Assembly (NCBI GenBank): GCA_041671325.1
Contig: JBAZBR010000003.1
Location: 132,506-196,505 of the forward strand
From: Patescibacteria group bacterium
GTDB lineage: Bacteria > Patescibacteriota > Patescibacteriia > PEXW01
Reading direction: 5' to 3'
Length of the DNA: 64,000 bases
Below, piece after piece: positions 39,501 through 48,746 of this stretch. The translations under genes and the position numbers were made by a program. How positions within the stretch are numbered: the stretch's first letter is position 1; the number at the start of each line of letters is the position of its first letter. The notes under the pieces are model-generated. The model was given only the letters and a program-made list of their open reading frames with translations. It was not told the DNA's origin and did no database searches.

Positions 39501-42325
39501 CCATCAAAGGCGCCAGTCAAACTTTGTATAATTTTACGGTTGATCCTGCAAGCCCTGGCACGATCAGTCTTGCTACTTCAGATTTGGCCGTAAGTAATAC
39601 GCTTAATATCGCTTCCAGCGATGCCCTGACCCTGGATGCCAGCCGAACCCTGGCCCATACTGGCGCCACCTTGACTTTAACCGGGACAATCAACGGCCCT
39701 GGCCGCCTGACTTACCAATCCGCTTCGGCTTTTCCAACAGGCGGAACTTTAGCCAGCAGCTTAATCCTAAGGTTTAATGCCACGGCCAATGACCAGACTA
39801 TGAGCAACCGGACGGATTACGGCCTTATTGAAATTGATAATAGCGGCGTTACTGACGGTAGGACAGTAACCATGTCAGCTTCAACGCATACTTTATCCGG
39901 CGGCTTGACCGTGCTTTCTTCAGGGGGCGGCTCGGTTGCTTTAGTCGGTGCCACTAATGATCCCACGGTAAATGTTGGCGGTGATCTGACTTTTACTGCT
40001 GGCGGCGGCGTCAAAACCATTTCTACCGGTACGGGCAATTGGAAAGTCAGCGGCAGTGTGAATTTGACCAATGGGACTTTTACGGCCACGGCCAATAACA
40101 CTTTGGAAATGGATGGCGGATCTAAAACCATTACTTCCGCAGCCCAAGGACTCCAGAAATTCAAAGTTTCTGGCGGCAGCGTTGCCAGCGCCGATGCCAT
40201 GTTGGTCAACAAGACTTTTGATGTGACTGCTGGCGGCTTTACCCAGGCTGCAGAAGCTAACCTGACTGTTTATGGTAATTTTTCTTTGACTTTAGGCACC
40301 ACTTTTACCGCCGCAACAGGCGCGGGCAAATTAATTTTAGACGGCAATCCTTCGCCCAATACTTTCACTGACAGCACTTCGCCCCAGCAGGATATGGGCA
40401 ATGTGGAAATTGGCTTGTCGCCTGGCACCACGGATTTAGCTTCTGATTTGACGGCCAAAAGCGTAACTGTCAACGCGGGGGATGTTTTGAATACTAATGG
40501 TTATGATTTAAATATTGGTATTGGCGGGATTACCATCAAAGGCACTATGGACGTCAATGATGACGTGGAAACCGATGGCACGGTAATGGAAACTGATAAT
40601 ATTTTTGACCTGCAAGCCGGCGCAACTTTAGCTAATCCTGCTGGCACAAACGTCGGCTCCACTTTATCTTTTACCATGCCAGTAACTTTAGTAGATATCG
40701 CCAATAATTTGATAACCGCGGGTACAGGCAGTCTTTATGATTTATTAGTTAACGATGGTGGCGGGGCGCGTACTTTGACGGTTAATGTCCAGGACCCATT
40801 AGTGGTACTGAATAATGTTACGATTACCGGCGGAGTTTTGGATACCGTTGATACAGAGAATAACCAAATTAACGTCGGCGGTAATTGGACAAATAGCGAT
40901 TTATTTACTGCCCGTTCTGGCACCGTAGTTTTTGATGATACTAATGTTGACGCTCAAGACCAAACCATTAATCCAGGCGCGTCGTCTTTTTACAAAGTTA
41001 TTTTTGACGGTTCAGGCGGAGTCTGGTCGCCTTTGACTAATACCATGACAGTGACGAACGATTTAATCATGACTAATGGAACGTTCAATACAAGCAATGG
41101 CACGGCAAATGTCACCGTGAATGGTACGGTGCAGTGTGGCGCCACTTGCGGTACGATTACTATGAATACTGCGGGGACTAACACCTTCACCCAATCGGTT
41201 TCGGCTGACAAGAGTTTTGGCACTAATGTGGCAGTGGCCACCAATTGGACTTTTTACAACCTGACTTTTACGGGTACGTCAGGCGTACGGACTATTACAA
41301 CAAACAGCACGGGTACTGGCCAGATAATTGTTGCTAATGATTTGTCTCTGACCAATACTGGAACCTCCTTGGCCTTGGAAAACAATACCAATGACCGGAT
41401 TTTGGATGTGAATGGTTCGGTTTCTATTGGTGCTGGCACCACCCTTTCGGCTTCCAGTTCTGCATCATTCACCGTGGCAAAATCCTGGACAAACAGCGGT
41501 GCTTTAACTGCAAATGGCGGTACGGTTACTTTAGACTCAGCCAATGCGGCCACCATAATCGGTGATACAACCTTTAATAACTTATTAACTTCAGGTATTG
41601 GCGCAGCCAAGACCATCACTTTTACGGAAAATTCTACCCAGATAATTTCTGATACTTGGACAGTAACTGGCGCGGGCGGTCAAAAAGTCACTTTGGCGTC
41701 TTCAAACCCGGGTACCCAATGGATAGTAAACCCAACCGCGGCCGCGCTTAGTTATGTCCAAGTTTCTGATGCCCACAATGACGGAGCGGAAATCTGTGCA
41801 ACCTATTCCACGGCCACGGGCGACAACAACACTAATTTGCTTGTTTCAGCTGGCGCCTCTTGTGTTACCGACCCGACCTTGACTGTAACCTTAAGCGGAA
41901 ATAGCGCAGCCCTTGGTTTATTAGATACTGAACACGTGAACCAAGCCGGAATTTCCAGCGAAGTAACGACCAATGCGGTCGATGGCTATATTTCCACGGT
42001 GAAATATGACCACACCTTAACTTCGGGTACAGACACAATACCTGACACAATTGGCGGAAACATTCCCATTGGTTCGGCAGAATTTGGCGCATCTTCATCG
42101 CAAGCTGGAAATGCCATTGCCCAATGGAGCCCAGCAGCCTGTTCAACAACCACCAGCACGACCAATGCAACCGCGCTATCAACCAGTTTTCAAACATTCG
42201 CTTCAAATGCAGGTCCGGCAACTTCTGAATCCACAACCCTTTGCTTTGCGGCCAGTATTTCCGGCGTAACTCCAGCAGGTTCATATTCCAGCAGTATGAC
42301 CATAATAACCACCGGAAGATTTTGA
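33599..42325 (+). CDS. Giant secreted/surface protein: Ig/MG2-like N-region, Thr/Gly-rich beta-helix repeats, WxL-like C-terminus
   Basis: 2908 aa; N-terminal TM/signal; SDKSVYHPGET; repeated CG.TCGTI...FGTN.A.A..WTF.NL..TNDRI.D; ends TPAGSYSSSMTIITTGRF. Confidence 0.9.
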   Translation: MPKAKRRKSKNKITRTKKLFNVFEFFKHNLKQSAGMAVIFLVFGVWMLVQAQNPEAPIYQAKPATCSGWQAPDQAKAINLMASAGREDFSTENSAYISNVNFIANQNNNDLKVNLTDSQTILSCSGFTLPDNLPKNGRLVSNKLIVSLAANGFTESEDVLVLQYSLDGKTWQKIDSFAITDSISNATHGDFWQVEIPNFSLDQVSKLQFRADFQTLPSDEVSTVLFDGVNLELVVDKPLSGKPADLSKDIIKINKTTFNKFEDPVITLETEKKSRLDFLGFDGTQRKIEEVSMIDPSGQEIIPDFETDKIVQGSSTYDAYKIKTQNYKRPGKYRVEFTVIQDNNQDVITREFYWGVLVVNSDKSVYHPGETASIGMAVLDSFGSTLCDAKVDLSVAAPNGEVKTFSTDDNSVERSAKCGAHTVTNLPDYSAKYDTSDEGEYTLTVTSTTKEGVNTISDKFFVKPIIPFDVIRDTPTRIYPGAEYDTNLIVTPQQDYTGTFEDFVPDNFKILTVSNSGKTEILNNGKIKILWNVDWQAGKQYVLSYHFDPPKINPAIFTVGQFKSGSINQQGEVFEEYRPWQIAFDATCTSKATAAWNVGTTWNTCGANGPVAGDTVILASGFVVSCPATITCSAATITVNQPSTSNGLMLSASTSRVTLTGALTINGSTGSNSKNASIVVGAGTLDAASVSMVTTAGTNRNAILSVSTGTINITGNISFSGVAAFNKLTFSSTGTLNIGGTIGTGGTLTPSTGTVNFNGGAAQTLESTYTYNNVTITNTSGNVATNGTTTINGNLTMTSGSLTGTDNITVIKNVVCGVTCGTISRTGGTFTQQVGAAQNFGTNVAVATDWTFNDLVFDQGAAGSFTITTSATGTGANIVNGNLSTTLTTGTTLTIDNNTNDRIFDVAGNFTVGANTVWSSSSGTALTSFTIGGSFANNGTFTHNSGTVTFDSAGTGNTVNTATFYNIIFYGAGAWSPATGSTVTIDNIMYMSNGTLNNDAGTGNIIVKERVACIISCGTINLTSSSSTFTQSVASSVSFGTNLASAINWTFYNLTFDNSTASSYTITTYPTGTGQIIVGGLLSLTTTGGGALIVDNSTNDRIFDLNGGLTISASTTFQASDLDNFTIAGNLANSGTFTAGSSGTVTIDGTGNTFTGTWTGGSAFYNLKFSNASGAWSPGVALTVGGGLTISSGTLTMAAVAFTITGATSVTGTITISSATGTKTFTGNITINNGGTWNNTSANVALSLAGSLQNDGAFNAGTGVYTFTGAAQTFSGANAITIPSLTVSGTYTNNGTLTVTTALAGAGTLTQGATGWLDVDVANASFTLSNYVFSTTGNTVDYGYADVQTIQVTTYSNLSLSGSGVKTFTNVSVYNGNLTLSGTASATMGGSTAWTIGGNITVNTGAALTQNNAANLTINGGSLTANSTGTFSTNEFCLNCAMIIGATGSITGDGAITLNALATLGTGTTTINATNLTVRGNVTVGTGTTLTIGVSLSLVGNLVNTTTGIINYSGLPTLTMSTGTLGGGAGTITLYNLTKTGAGILNLASAVTCDNDVAVDAGTLSGSVDLTVTGGDLAGDGIVTMTGGTVTIVNDGTIGTNTAVDKDWTFYNLFLDISGTCTLKTTESNAGTGDITVTSALTIDSCSGGEGTNYHRFSPNTRTWIFSGTGTPLPASSISTTGYGTSIVRFTGTSSAVTVGANRFYTLELQPTSSNSYILSNGVNYYIYGNLTISSNASLTAGTSSVNMYGAGTTLDGGGATLSTLNIDPDSPDGTVAIANTDVTVSNTLIVWDAGDTLSIPSGRTVSATGAFAIVGAVSGAGTLRFTNTSAGPGATGTISTIVRYDASAGNIATGTFDARTYGGDVEVYSNVADTTRSIAMASSTQTITGNLKIITGAAQNLVPTLDVTANPTVNITGNVSFTKGGAGTPAITSGTGAWTVTGNVDFTDGTYTATSGNTLTMNGTSNSIKGASQTLYNFTVDPASPGTISLATSDLAVSNTLNIASSDALTLDASRTLAHTGATLTLTGTINGPGRLTYQSASAFPTGGTLASSLILRFNATANDQTMSNRTDYGLIEIDNSGVTDGRTVTMSASTHTLSGGLTVLSSGGGSVALVGATNDPTVNVGGDLTFTAGGGVKTISTGTGNWKVSGSVNLTNGTFTATANNTLEMDGGSKTITSAAQGLQKFKVSGGSVASADAMLVNKTFDVTAGGFTQAAEANLTVYGNFSLTLGTTFTAATGAGKLILDGNPSPNTFTDSTSPQQDMGNVEIGLSPGTTDLASDLTAKSVTVNAGDVLNTNGYDLNIGIGGITIKGTMDVNDDVETDGTVMETDNIFDLQAGATLANPAGTNVGSTLSFTMPVTLVDIANNLITAGTGSLYDLLVNDGGGARTLTVNVQDPLVVLNNVTITGGVLDTVDTENNQINVGGNWTNSDLFTARSGTVVFDDTNVDAQDQTINPGASSFYKVIFDGSGGVWSPLTNTMTVTNDLIMTNGTFNTSNGTANVTVNGTVQCGATCGTITMNTAGTNTFTQSVSADKSFGTNVAVATNWTFYNLTFTGTSGVRTITTNSTGTGQIIVANDLSLTNTGTSLALENNTNDRILDVNGSVSIGAGTTLSASSSASFTVAKSWTNSGALTANGGTVTLDSANAATIIGDTTFNNLLTSGIGAAKTITFTENSTQIISDTWTVTGAGGQKVTLASSNPGTQWIVNPTAAALSYVQVSDAHNDGAEICATYSTATGDNNTNLLVSAGASCVTDPTLTVTLSGNSAALGLLDTEHVNQAGISSEVTTNAVDGYISTVKYDHTLTSGTDTIPDTIGGNIPIGSAEFGASSSQAGNAIAQWSPAACSTTTSTTNATALSTSFQTFASNAGPATSESTTLCFAASISGVTPAGSYSSSMTIITTGRF

Positions 42326-42517
42326 TGTTAAAATTTTTATGGCAAAAAACCTTTTTTATCAATTGGAAGGAGAAGCGTATTTAAAACTTTTTAAAATTTT
42401 AATTCTTATAAGTTAAAATTCCTGTGACACTGGCGCTGGAACTTATAATGCGCCAACGCTTTCAACCGCGCCAAAGATTTTTACCTCGGCTTCAGACAAT
42501 TATGTCTGTACAAAACA

Positions 42518-42561
42518 AGATTGCCACGCTCACCCGCGATAGTGGGTTCGCTCGCAATGAC
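42518..42561. repeat. Right half of an RPE-like element
   Basis: agattgccacgc...gctcgcaatgac, same as the 3' half of the leuS insert. Confidence 0.65.
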
Positions 42562-42644
42562 CCTAAAATTGACGTGAGTTTAGGAATGTGCTATAATTAT
42601 CTTAGAAAATAAAAATAAATATTAACTTTTAACCCAAATTTCTT

Positions 42645-43733
42645 ATGAAACAAAGATTACTTTTATCAAAACCAAGCGTTATCTTGGCCATGCTTGCCAT
42701 GGTTTTTGCGTTTTCTATACCGGCTAAAACCACCAAAGCCGCGGCTTTGACTGGCCTAAAAGATACCGCCTCCAGGCTTGAGCAGGGCATACAGGGAACC
42801 CATTCATTCGCTTTTACGACTACTGATGAGCTTTCAGCCACAGAAACAATCAAGATTCTTTTCGATTCACCAGCGGATTCCTTTACCCTCGATGGGACGA
42901 TTGTCGCTACTGATTTTTCAGCCTTAACTGGTATTGCCGTGGTAGACAACATTGCCGCCTGTAGCGGTACAGCTTCAGAAGTCTACCCGACAGTAATTAC
43001 GGCCAATGATGACGAAAGCTACACTCTAACCGTCTGTACTGGTGATACGGTTGCTGGCGGGGCAATAGCCTTTACTATCGATAATAATGAAATAACCAAC
43101 CCTGCTGCAGCTGGAGTCTATGTGATTGATGTTTCAACTACGGCAACCACCCCGGATAGCGGCTCGCTGGCACTGGCGATTATCGCTGACGACACGGTCA
43201 GTGTAACCGCTACGGTTGATCCTTCAGTTACCTTTTCTATCTCTGATGTGGCAATTGGTTTTGGCGTACTAGACGCAACTAATGATTGCTGGGCTTTAGG
43301 CGTGCCGCCTGCTGCCTGCGATACAGTTTATCCTCCTACTGCGGCCCACACCTTTTCACTTGGCACCAACGCTACTGACGGTGTTGCCCTGACCTATTCT
43401 GGTGCGACGCTTACTAATCTTGCTGCTGATACTATTACCGTGGCGACTGTTGCTGGTGATACCTCGGATCCGGTTGGCACGCCAAACACTGAACAATTTG
43501 CCATTGGTTTTGATGATAACGCCGCGACCTATACTTTCGCTGATACCGCCGCTTACGACCAAAGTCTTGGAAATTATAAATTTGTCGCTGGTGCAACCAC
43601 TCCGATTCTCTCAATCGCTGGTCCAGTGGCGGCTACGAGCATAGATGCCCACTATTTGGCAAACATTTCGGCGGCCACCGAATCCGGCGCCTACTCAACG
43701 TCAATCACCTACATCGCTACCGGAACTTTTTAA
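42645..43733 (+). CDS. Secreted acidic protein with WxL-like C-terminal domain
   Basis: Signal peptide; VSVTATVDP; ends ESGAYSTSITYIATGTF, paralleling the giant protein's end. Confidence 0.8.
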   Translation: MKQRLLLSKPSVILAMLAMVFAFSIPAKTTKAAALTGLKDTASRLEQGIQGTHSFAFTTTDELSATETIKILFDSPADSFTLDGTIVATDFSALTGIAVVDNIAACSGTASEVYPTVITANDDESYTLTVCTGDTVAGGAIAFTIDNNEITNPAAAGVYVIDVSTTATTPDSGSLALAIIADDTVSVTATVDPSVTFSISDVAIGFGVLDATNDCWALGVPPAACDTVYPPTAAHTFSLGTNATDGVALTYSGATLTNLAADTITVATVAGDTSDPVGTPNTEQFAIGFDDNAATYTFADTAAYDQSLGNYKFVAGATTPILSIAGPVAATSIDAHYLANISAATESGAYSTSITYIATGTF

Positions 43734-43806
43734 AGTTCCAGTCCTAAGACCCTAATTTTTAGACGGTAAAATAAAAGCAAGAATTTTAGGTTTAATTAAT
43801 AAACCC

Positions 43807-44847
43807 TTGAAATACATTTTCTCAACCAACACTAAAACGAAAATACTTAAATTTAGCTTGCTTGCCGCTTTAGTTTTCATGCTCTTTCCGTTTACTGGTA
43901 AGGCTTTAACAGTCAGTCCCCCACAGGTTGAAATGACTTTGGTGCCTGGGCAGAAGGCAGAGATGGTAATCAAGCTTTATAACGAGGAAGAGACTGACCT
44001 GACTCTTTATACCGATTCCGCGCTTTTTACTTCTAACAATGTTGATGGTTTACCGGTTTATGATTTTAATGCCAGTAAAGAAGATATTAGTACTTGGTTT
44101 GAAGTGGAAAAAGGCCCAATCACCCTAAAGTCAAAAGAAAGAAAATCAATTCCAGTCACCATTAATACCCCAACTAATGCCGGACCAGGCGGTCATTATG
44201 CGGTTTTAGCTTTTTCAAAAAATCCGCCGAAGAGTGATTCTGGCACTACTCAAATCAGCATTGCTTCTCAAATTGGGGTTTTAATCTTGGCACGGATCGA
44301 AGGAGAAATTCAAGAAGCCGGGCAAATTTCCAGTTTTATTTCAGACGCTAAGCAATATAGGTATTTACCTGTAAATTTCCGGACTATCTTCAATAATACT
44401 GGCAATGTCCACTTGCGGCCTACTGGTAAAATAATCATTAATAATACTTTTGGCAAGAAAACCGCAGAACTTAATTTTAATGAAGCCAATTCAGCTGTCC
44501 TGCCGGATTCTTCCCGGACTTATGATTCGGTTTGGCAAAAAGCCCAAAATGTTTCGGAAAACGGGAATATCTGGTCAAAATTCTGGCAAGCCTATAAAAA
44601 CGAGAAAAATAATTTTGGTCTTGGCAAATATACGGCTAATCTGCAGATCCAGGCTGGGACGAATAAGCCATTTACGACTGCAGCCAGCGCCACTTTTTGG
44701 GTCTTGCCATGGCACATGTTGTTGGTTTGGCTGATTGTCTTAGTGATTGTTGTCATTTTATTGATTGTCTTGATAAAACGCTATAACCGCTGGGTTATCC
44801 GCAAAGCCCAAGAGCGTGGCAAAAATCCCCCAGCAGATAAAAAGTAA
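43807..44847 (+). CDS. DUF916/PapD-like Ig protein with C-terminal TM anchor
   Basis: ALTVSPP, P.NAGPGGHYA, NTGNVHLRP.G, G.YTA.L, FWVLPW plus TM. Confidence 0.75.
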   Translation: MKYIFSTNTKTKILKFSLLAALVFMLFPFTGKALTVSPPQVEMTLVPGQKAEMVIKLYNEEETDLTLYTDSALFTSNNVDGLPVYDFNASKEDISTWFEVEKGPITLKSKERKSIPVTINTPTNAGPGGHYAVLAFSKNPPKSDSGTTQISIASQIGVLILARIEGEIQEAGQISSFISDAKQYRYLPVNFRTIFNNTGNVHLRPTGKIIINNTFGKKTAELNFNEANSAVLPDSSRTYDSVWQKAQNVSENGNIWSKFWQAYKNEKNNFGLGKYTANLQIQAGTNKPFTTAASATFWVLPWHMLLVWLIVLVIVVILLIVLIKRYNRWVIRKAQERGKNPPADKK

Positions 44848-44860
44848 ATTAATCGAATAG

Positions 44861-45727
44861 ATGAATAATTTTAAAGCCCGCTGGAAATATTTGCTGGCCC
44901 TAATTTTTTTTGTAATAGCCAGCACTTTTAGCTGGCCAGGCCTGGCCAGGGCTTTGGACGTGAGCGTTACTGCCACGGTACCAAGCGCCACTCCGCCAGA
45001 AACTCCCATAACCTCTGTTGTTTTAAAAGGCATTGCCTACCCATCTTCCACGGTTACTATTTTAAAAGACGGGGCTTTGGCCGTGGCAGTACCAGCCGAC
45101 CCAACCGCCAGGTTTGATGTAACCCTTGGCAGCTTGACTGCCGGCACTTACACTTTTGGAGTTTATGGCAAGGACCGGGATGGCAGGCAGGGGCCAACTT
45201 TGAATTTTACCGTAACTTTAACCACTGGCACGACCGTAACCATAACCGGGATTTTTTTGGGCCCAACCATTGAGGCTGATAAAACCATGGCTCGCTTGGG
45301 CGAGACCATAACCTTGCTTGGCGTAACTAGTCCAAGCAGTACAGTTAGTGTGTATGTCAGTTCAGAGACTGATCATTCTTTTAACGTGACTGCCAGCAGT
45401 TCAGGCGCCTGGTCAAAGCAATTCCAAGCCAGCGACTTAAGGGTCGGCAACCATGAAGCTAAATCTAAAGCTACAGATCCGGATGGCTCGGTTTCGGAAT
45501 TCAGCAACACCGTCAGTTTCCAAGTTGCCACTACAGAACTTTGTGCGGACAAGGTTAAGGCAGACTTAAACTGCGATGGCGAAGTGGATATCGTGGATTT
45601 CAGTATTTTGCTTTACTATTGGAATCAGCGTAACCCCAAGAATGCCAGGGCAGATATTAATACTGACGGCATTGTGAATATCATTGACTTCAGTATCATG
45701 CTCTATTATTGGACGGGGCCAAAGTAG
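44861..45727 (+). CDS. Secreted Ig-like protein with type I dockerin
   Basis: ADLNCDGEVDIVDFSILLYYW...ADINTDGIVNIIDFSIMLYYW duplicated Ca-binding motif. Confidence 0.88.
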   Translation: MNNFKARWKYLLALIFFVIASTFSWPGLARALDVSVTATVPSATPPETPITSVVLKGIAYPSSTVTILKDGALAVAVPADPTARFDVTLGSLTAGTYTFGVYGKDRDGRQGPTLNFTVTLTTGTTVTITGIFLGPTIEADKTMARLGETITLLGVTSPSSTVSVYVSSETDHSFNVTASSSGAWSKQFQASDLRVGNHEAKSKATDPDGSVSEFSNTVSFQVATTELCADKVKADLNCDGEVDIVDFSILLYYWNQRNPKNARADINTDGIVNIIDFSIMLYYWTGPK

Positions 45728-45731
45728 CCAA

Positions 45732-45847
45732 GTCATCCTGAGTCTCGCTTTCAAGCGAGCGAAGGATCTTAATAAGCTTATTTATTAAATAAATATTAGG
45801 GGATTCTTCCCCCTCGACTCGCTTCGCTCACTCGGGGTCAGAATGAC
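45732..45847. repeat. Palindromic REP/RPE-like element
   Basis: gtcatcctga...tcagaatgac. Confidence 0.75.
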
Positions 45848-45855
45848 GATAAAAT

Positions 45856-46995
45856 ATGCAAAATAAATTATTTAAAATCATCGGGTTTTGTACACTAGTC
45901 TTGGGAATTTTCTTTTTCCAAAAAACAGTTCTGGCGGCCGAGCTTTACCTTTCCCCGGAAAATGATTTGATTAATCAAGGCCAGACTGTGGTGGTGGAGC
46001 TTAGGTTGGATAGCCGGAAAGAAATTATCAATGCTGTCCAAGGCCGGATGACTTATGATCCGCAAATTTTAGAATTTGTGGAAGTATCCAAAGCCGGGAC
46101 ATTTTTGAGCTTATGGCCAGAAGAACCCAAAGCTGATACGGCCGCAGGCGTGATTACTTTTGCCGGCGGCGCGCCTAATGGCAGTTATGTGATTAATGGC
46201 CGGGTTTTGGCCGTGGTTTTTAAAGGCAAAAACCTGGGGAGTTCTAAAGTCAGTATTGATAATGGCACTAGCGGCGTGTATTTGAATGATGGTTTAGGGA
46301 CCAAGGCCGAATTAAATGTCAAAAGCGCCACTATCACAGTCCAAATTCCGACTTCAACAATTAATTTAACTTCTCCAACCCATCCAGATGAAAACACTTG
46401 GTATAAAGCCAAAGACGTAAAGTTCACTTGGAGCGTGACGCAAGACGCTTTTTACGCTTATGTCTTTGGGGTCGATCCCGCGGCTTTACCCGACGAAAGA
46501 ATTGCCACTCACCTGGGTGAAATTTCTTATTCCAACGTGGATGATGGTATCCATTATTTTATCCTGAAGGAAAAATTGCCAAATGATAAATGGGGTCCAT
46601 CCATCCGGATGCGCGTGCAAATTGATTCAACTTTGCCTGAATCAATTATTTACCAGCTGACCCAAGACGTAGTGCCAGGCAAATTAGTCTTGGTATTTAG
46701 TGCCAAAGATCGGGTTTCCCAAATAGTCAAATACCAAATTATCGAAGGTAACCAAATTACGGATAATGCCATTAGCCCCTATACTTTAAAAAACCAAAAA
46801 CAAAGCCAAGTCATTACCATAAAGGCATTTGATTCAGCTGGCAATCTCCAAGAGGCGGTTATTCCTGGCGTGAAAACCGCTTCTACCGCTACCCAATATT
46901 TGTGGCCAATAGCCATTGGTTTTTCGCTCGTTATCCTGGTAATAATCCTTGTTGTTTATTGGCCAAAAAAACCCAAGCGGAATTTAGTTAAATAG
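45856..46995 (+). CDS. Cohesin-domain membrane-anchored protein 1
   Basis: LYLSP, INAVQGRMTYDP, LWPEEP, ITFAGG.P, YLNDGLGT, SPTHPDENTWY, C-terminal TM. Confidence 0.82.
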   Translation: MQNKLFKIIGFCTLVLGIFFFQKTVLAAELYLSPENDLINQGQTVVVELRLDSRKEIINAVQGRMTYDPQILEFVEVSKAGTFLSLWPEEPKADTAAGVITFAGGAPNGSYVINGRVLAVVFKGKNLGSSKVSIDNGTSGVYLNDGLGTKAELNVKSATITVQIPTSTINLTSPTHPDENTWYKAKDVKFTWSVTQDAFYAYVFGVDPAALPDERIATHLGEISYSNVDDGIHYFILKEKLPNDKWGPSIRMRVQIDSTLPESIIYQLTQDVVPGKLVLVFSAKDRVSQIVKYQIIEGNQITDNAISPYTLKNQKQSQVITIKAFDSAGNLQEAVIPGVKTASTATQYLWPIAIGFSLVILVIILVVYWPKKPKRNLVK

Positions 46996-47038
46996 ATTTT
47001 TTATCCTCTAAATAGAATAGAAGCAGAGATTGTAAAAC

Positions 47039-47149
47039 TAACCCCCTCGCCCTCTGGGAGAGGGGTAAGGGGTGAGGGTTGCTCGGAAATATTAATATTA
47101 GGTTAATCAATCAACCTCACCCTCAGTCCCTCTCCTATATAGGAGAGGG
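47039..47149. mobile_element. Non-autonomous internally deleted copy of the DUF559 element
   Basis: Both ends plus gene-adjacent bases (gggtt.ctcggaaat; atcaacctcaccc) match 31823-32338. Confidence 0.7.
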
Positions 47150-47237
47150 AGGAAGAAGATATAAAATAACCCCCAACCTTTAAGGGGGAATTTTAATCCA
47201 ATTATTAATAAATTAATTTTTTAAGTATACTGATTAC

Positions 47238-48746
47238 ATGGCAAAGGGTCGTAGGTTAGTATCCATAAGCTTATTTATTAGCCTGTTATTAGGAGGCGTT
47301 GTTAGTTTTTATAATCATGACGTAAAAGCGGCCGATGGGGCTAGCCTGCTTTTCAGTCCGGGTAATGCCAATTTCACGGTTGGCAGCACTTTTAATATTT
47401 CCGTGGTAGTTAACACCGGCAAAAAAGCCATCAATGCCGTCAAGGCTGACATCAAATTCCCGCCCACCAAATTGCAGGTGGTAAATCCCAGCACTGGCAC
47501 CTCCTTCATTTCCATTTGGGTTGACCAGCCGGCTTATTCCAACACCGCCGGCACAGTTTCTTTCCAGGGCGGCTTGCCAAATCCCGGCATAGTCACGGAT
47601 GCCGGGGTAGTCAGCACCATAACTTTCCGCGCCACTTCCCCAGGTACGGCTAAAATAACTTTTGCGGATACTTCCAAGGTTTTAGCCAATGACGGCCAAG
47701 GCACAAATTTATTGACTTCCCGGGGAGACGCGAATTTGACTTTGAATTTGGCTGCTCCTGAAGGTCCGATTATTTCTTCGCCTTCTCATCCAGACCAAAA
47801 TGCCTGGTACCAAAATCGGACGGTAAATTTTGAATGGGAAGAAATCCCGAATGCCGTGGGCTATAGTTATGTCTTTGACCAAAATTCCAAAACCACGCCA
47901 CCGGAAAAACAGGATGCCACTTCCCAAAGGACTACCACAGTCACGACTGACAAAGATGGCCGTTGGTATTTTCATGTCCGGGCCAAGGTGGAAAGTTGGG
48001 GCGGCACCAGCCACTATGCGGTTTTAATTGATGCCACTCCGCCTGCCTCATTCACCCCGACTTTGGATCCACCAAACCCCCAGCCAGGACAGCGGGGTGA
48101 ACTGAAATTTTTCACTACTGATGCCATGTCTGGTATAGAGCATTATGAAATGCAAATCTTGCATCTGGATAATCCCGACCAAGGCACGCCTTTTTTCACT
48201 GAACAGTCCAGCCCAGTCCGGTTGCCGGATTTGCCATTGGGTAAATATGAAGTCGCAGTCAGGGCTTTTGACCAGGCAGGCAATTCCATTGATGGCAAAT
48301 TAAATTTTAGCGTCTCCACTCCTGACACAGGCCCGAAAATTGGTAAAAAGCCTTTATTGCAAAATACCTTTTTTACGAATATCGCCCTGATTGGTGCGGG
48401 TTTATTGGTTTTAATATTGCTAATCTGGTTGATTGCTCGCTGGCGCCGAAAACCTAAGGATGTTATTGAGGATATCCAGAGACTGGAGCAAGAAACCCTG
48501 CAAAAAGAATCAGAATTAGCCCGAACTATTACCGCGGCCAGGGCTTTGGAATCCGCCATCCAGCAGCAGGTTGAACATGACCAAGGCCAAGCACCTAAAC
48601 AGACCAACCAAGAGCCACCTGCAGGAAATCAGCAAGTCGCGTATAATGAGCAAGCAGGGGTACCCCAGCCTCCCCAAGAACCAGAAGCTACTAATTTTAT
48701 CAACCCCCAGCATCCCGAGGATTTAAACCAAAACCAAAAGACATGA
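47238..48746 (+). CDS. Cohesin-domain membrane-anchored protein 2
   Basis: INAVKADIKFPP, IWVDQPAYSN, FQGGLPNPG, LANDGQGT, SPSHPDQNAWY, TM plus coiled coil. Confidence 0.85.
   Translation: MAKGRRLVSISLFISLLLGGVVSFYNHDVKAADGASLLFSPGNANFTVGSTFNISVVVNTGKKAINAVKADIKFPPTKLQVVNPSTGTSFISIWVDQPAYSNTAGTVSFQGGLPNPGIVTDAGVVSTITFRATSPGTAKITFADTSKVLANDGQGTNLLTSRGDANLTLNLAAPEGPIISSPSHPDQNAWYQNRTVNFEWEEIPNAVGYSYVFDQNSKTTPPEKQDATSQRTTTVTTDKDGRWYFHVRAKVESWGGTSHYAVLIDATPPASFTPTLDPPNPQPGQRGELKFFTTDAMSGIEHYEMQILHLDNPDQGTPFFTEQSSPVRLPDLPLGKYEVAVRAFDQAGNSIDGKLNFSVSTPDTGPKIGKKPLLQNTFFTNIALIGAGLLVLILLIWLIARWRRKPKDVIEDIQRLEQETLQKESELARTITAARALESAIQQQVEHDQGQAPKQTNQEPPAGNQQVAYNEQAGVPQPPQEPEATNFINPQHPEDLNQNQKT

Noticed and set aside
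33913-42362. Many minus-strand ORFs opposite the giant protein
   Set aside because: Antisense shadows of Thr/Gly-rich codons.
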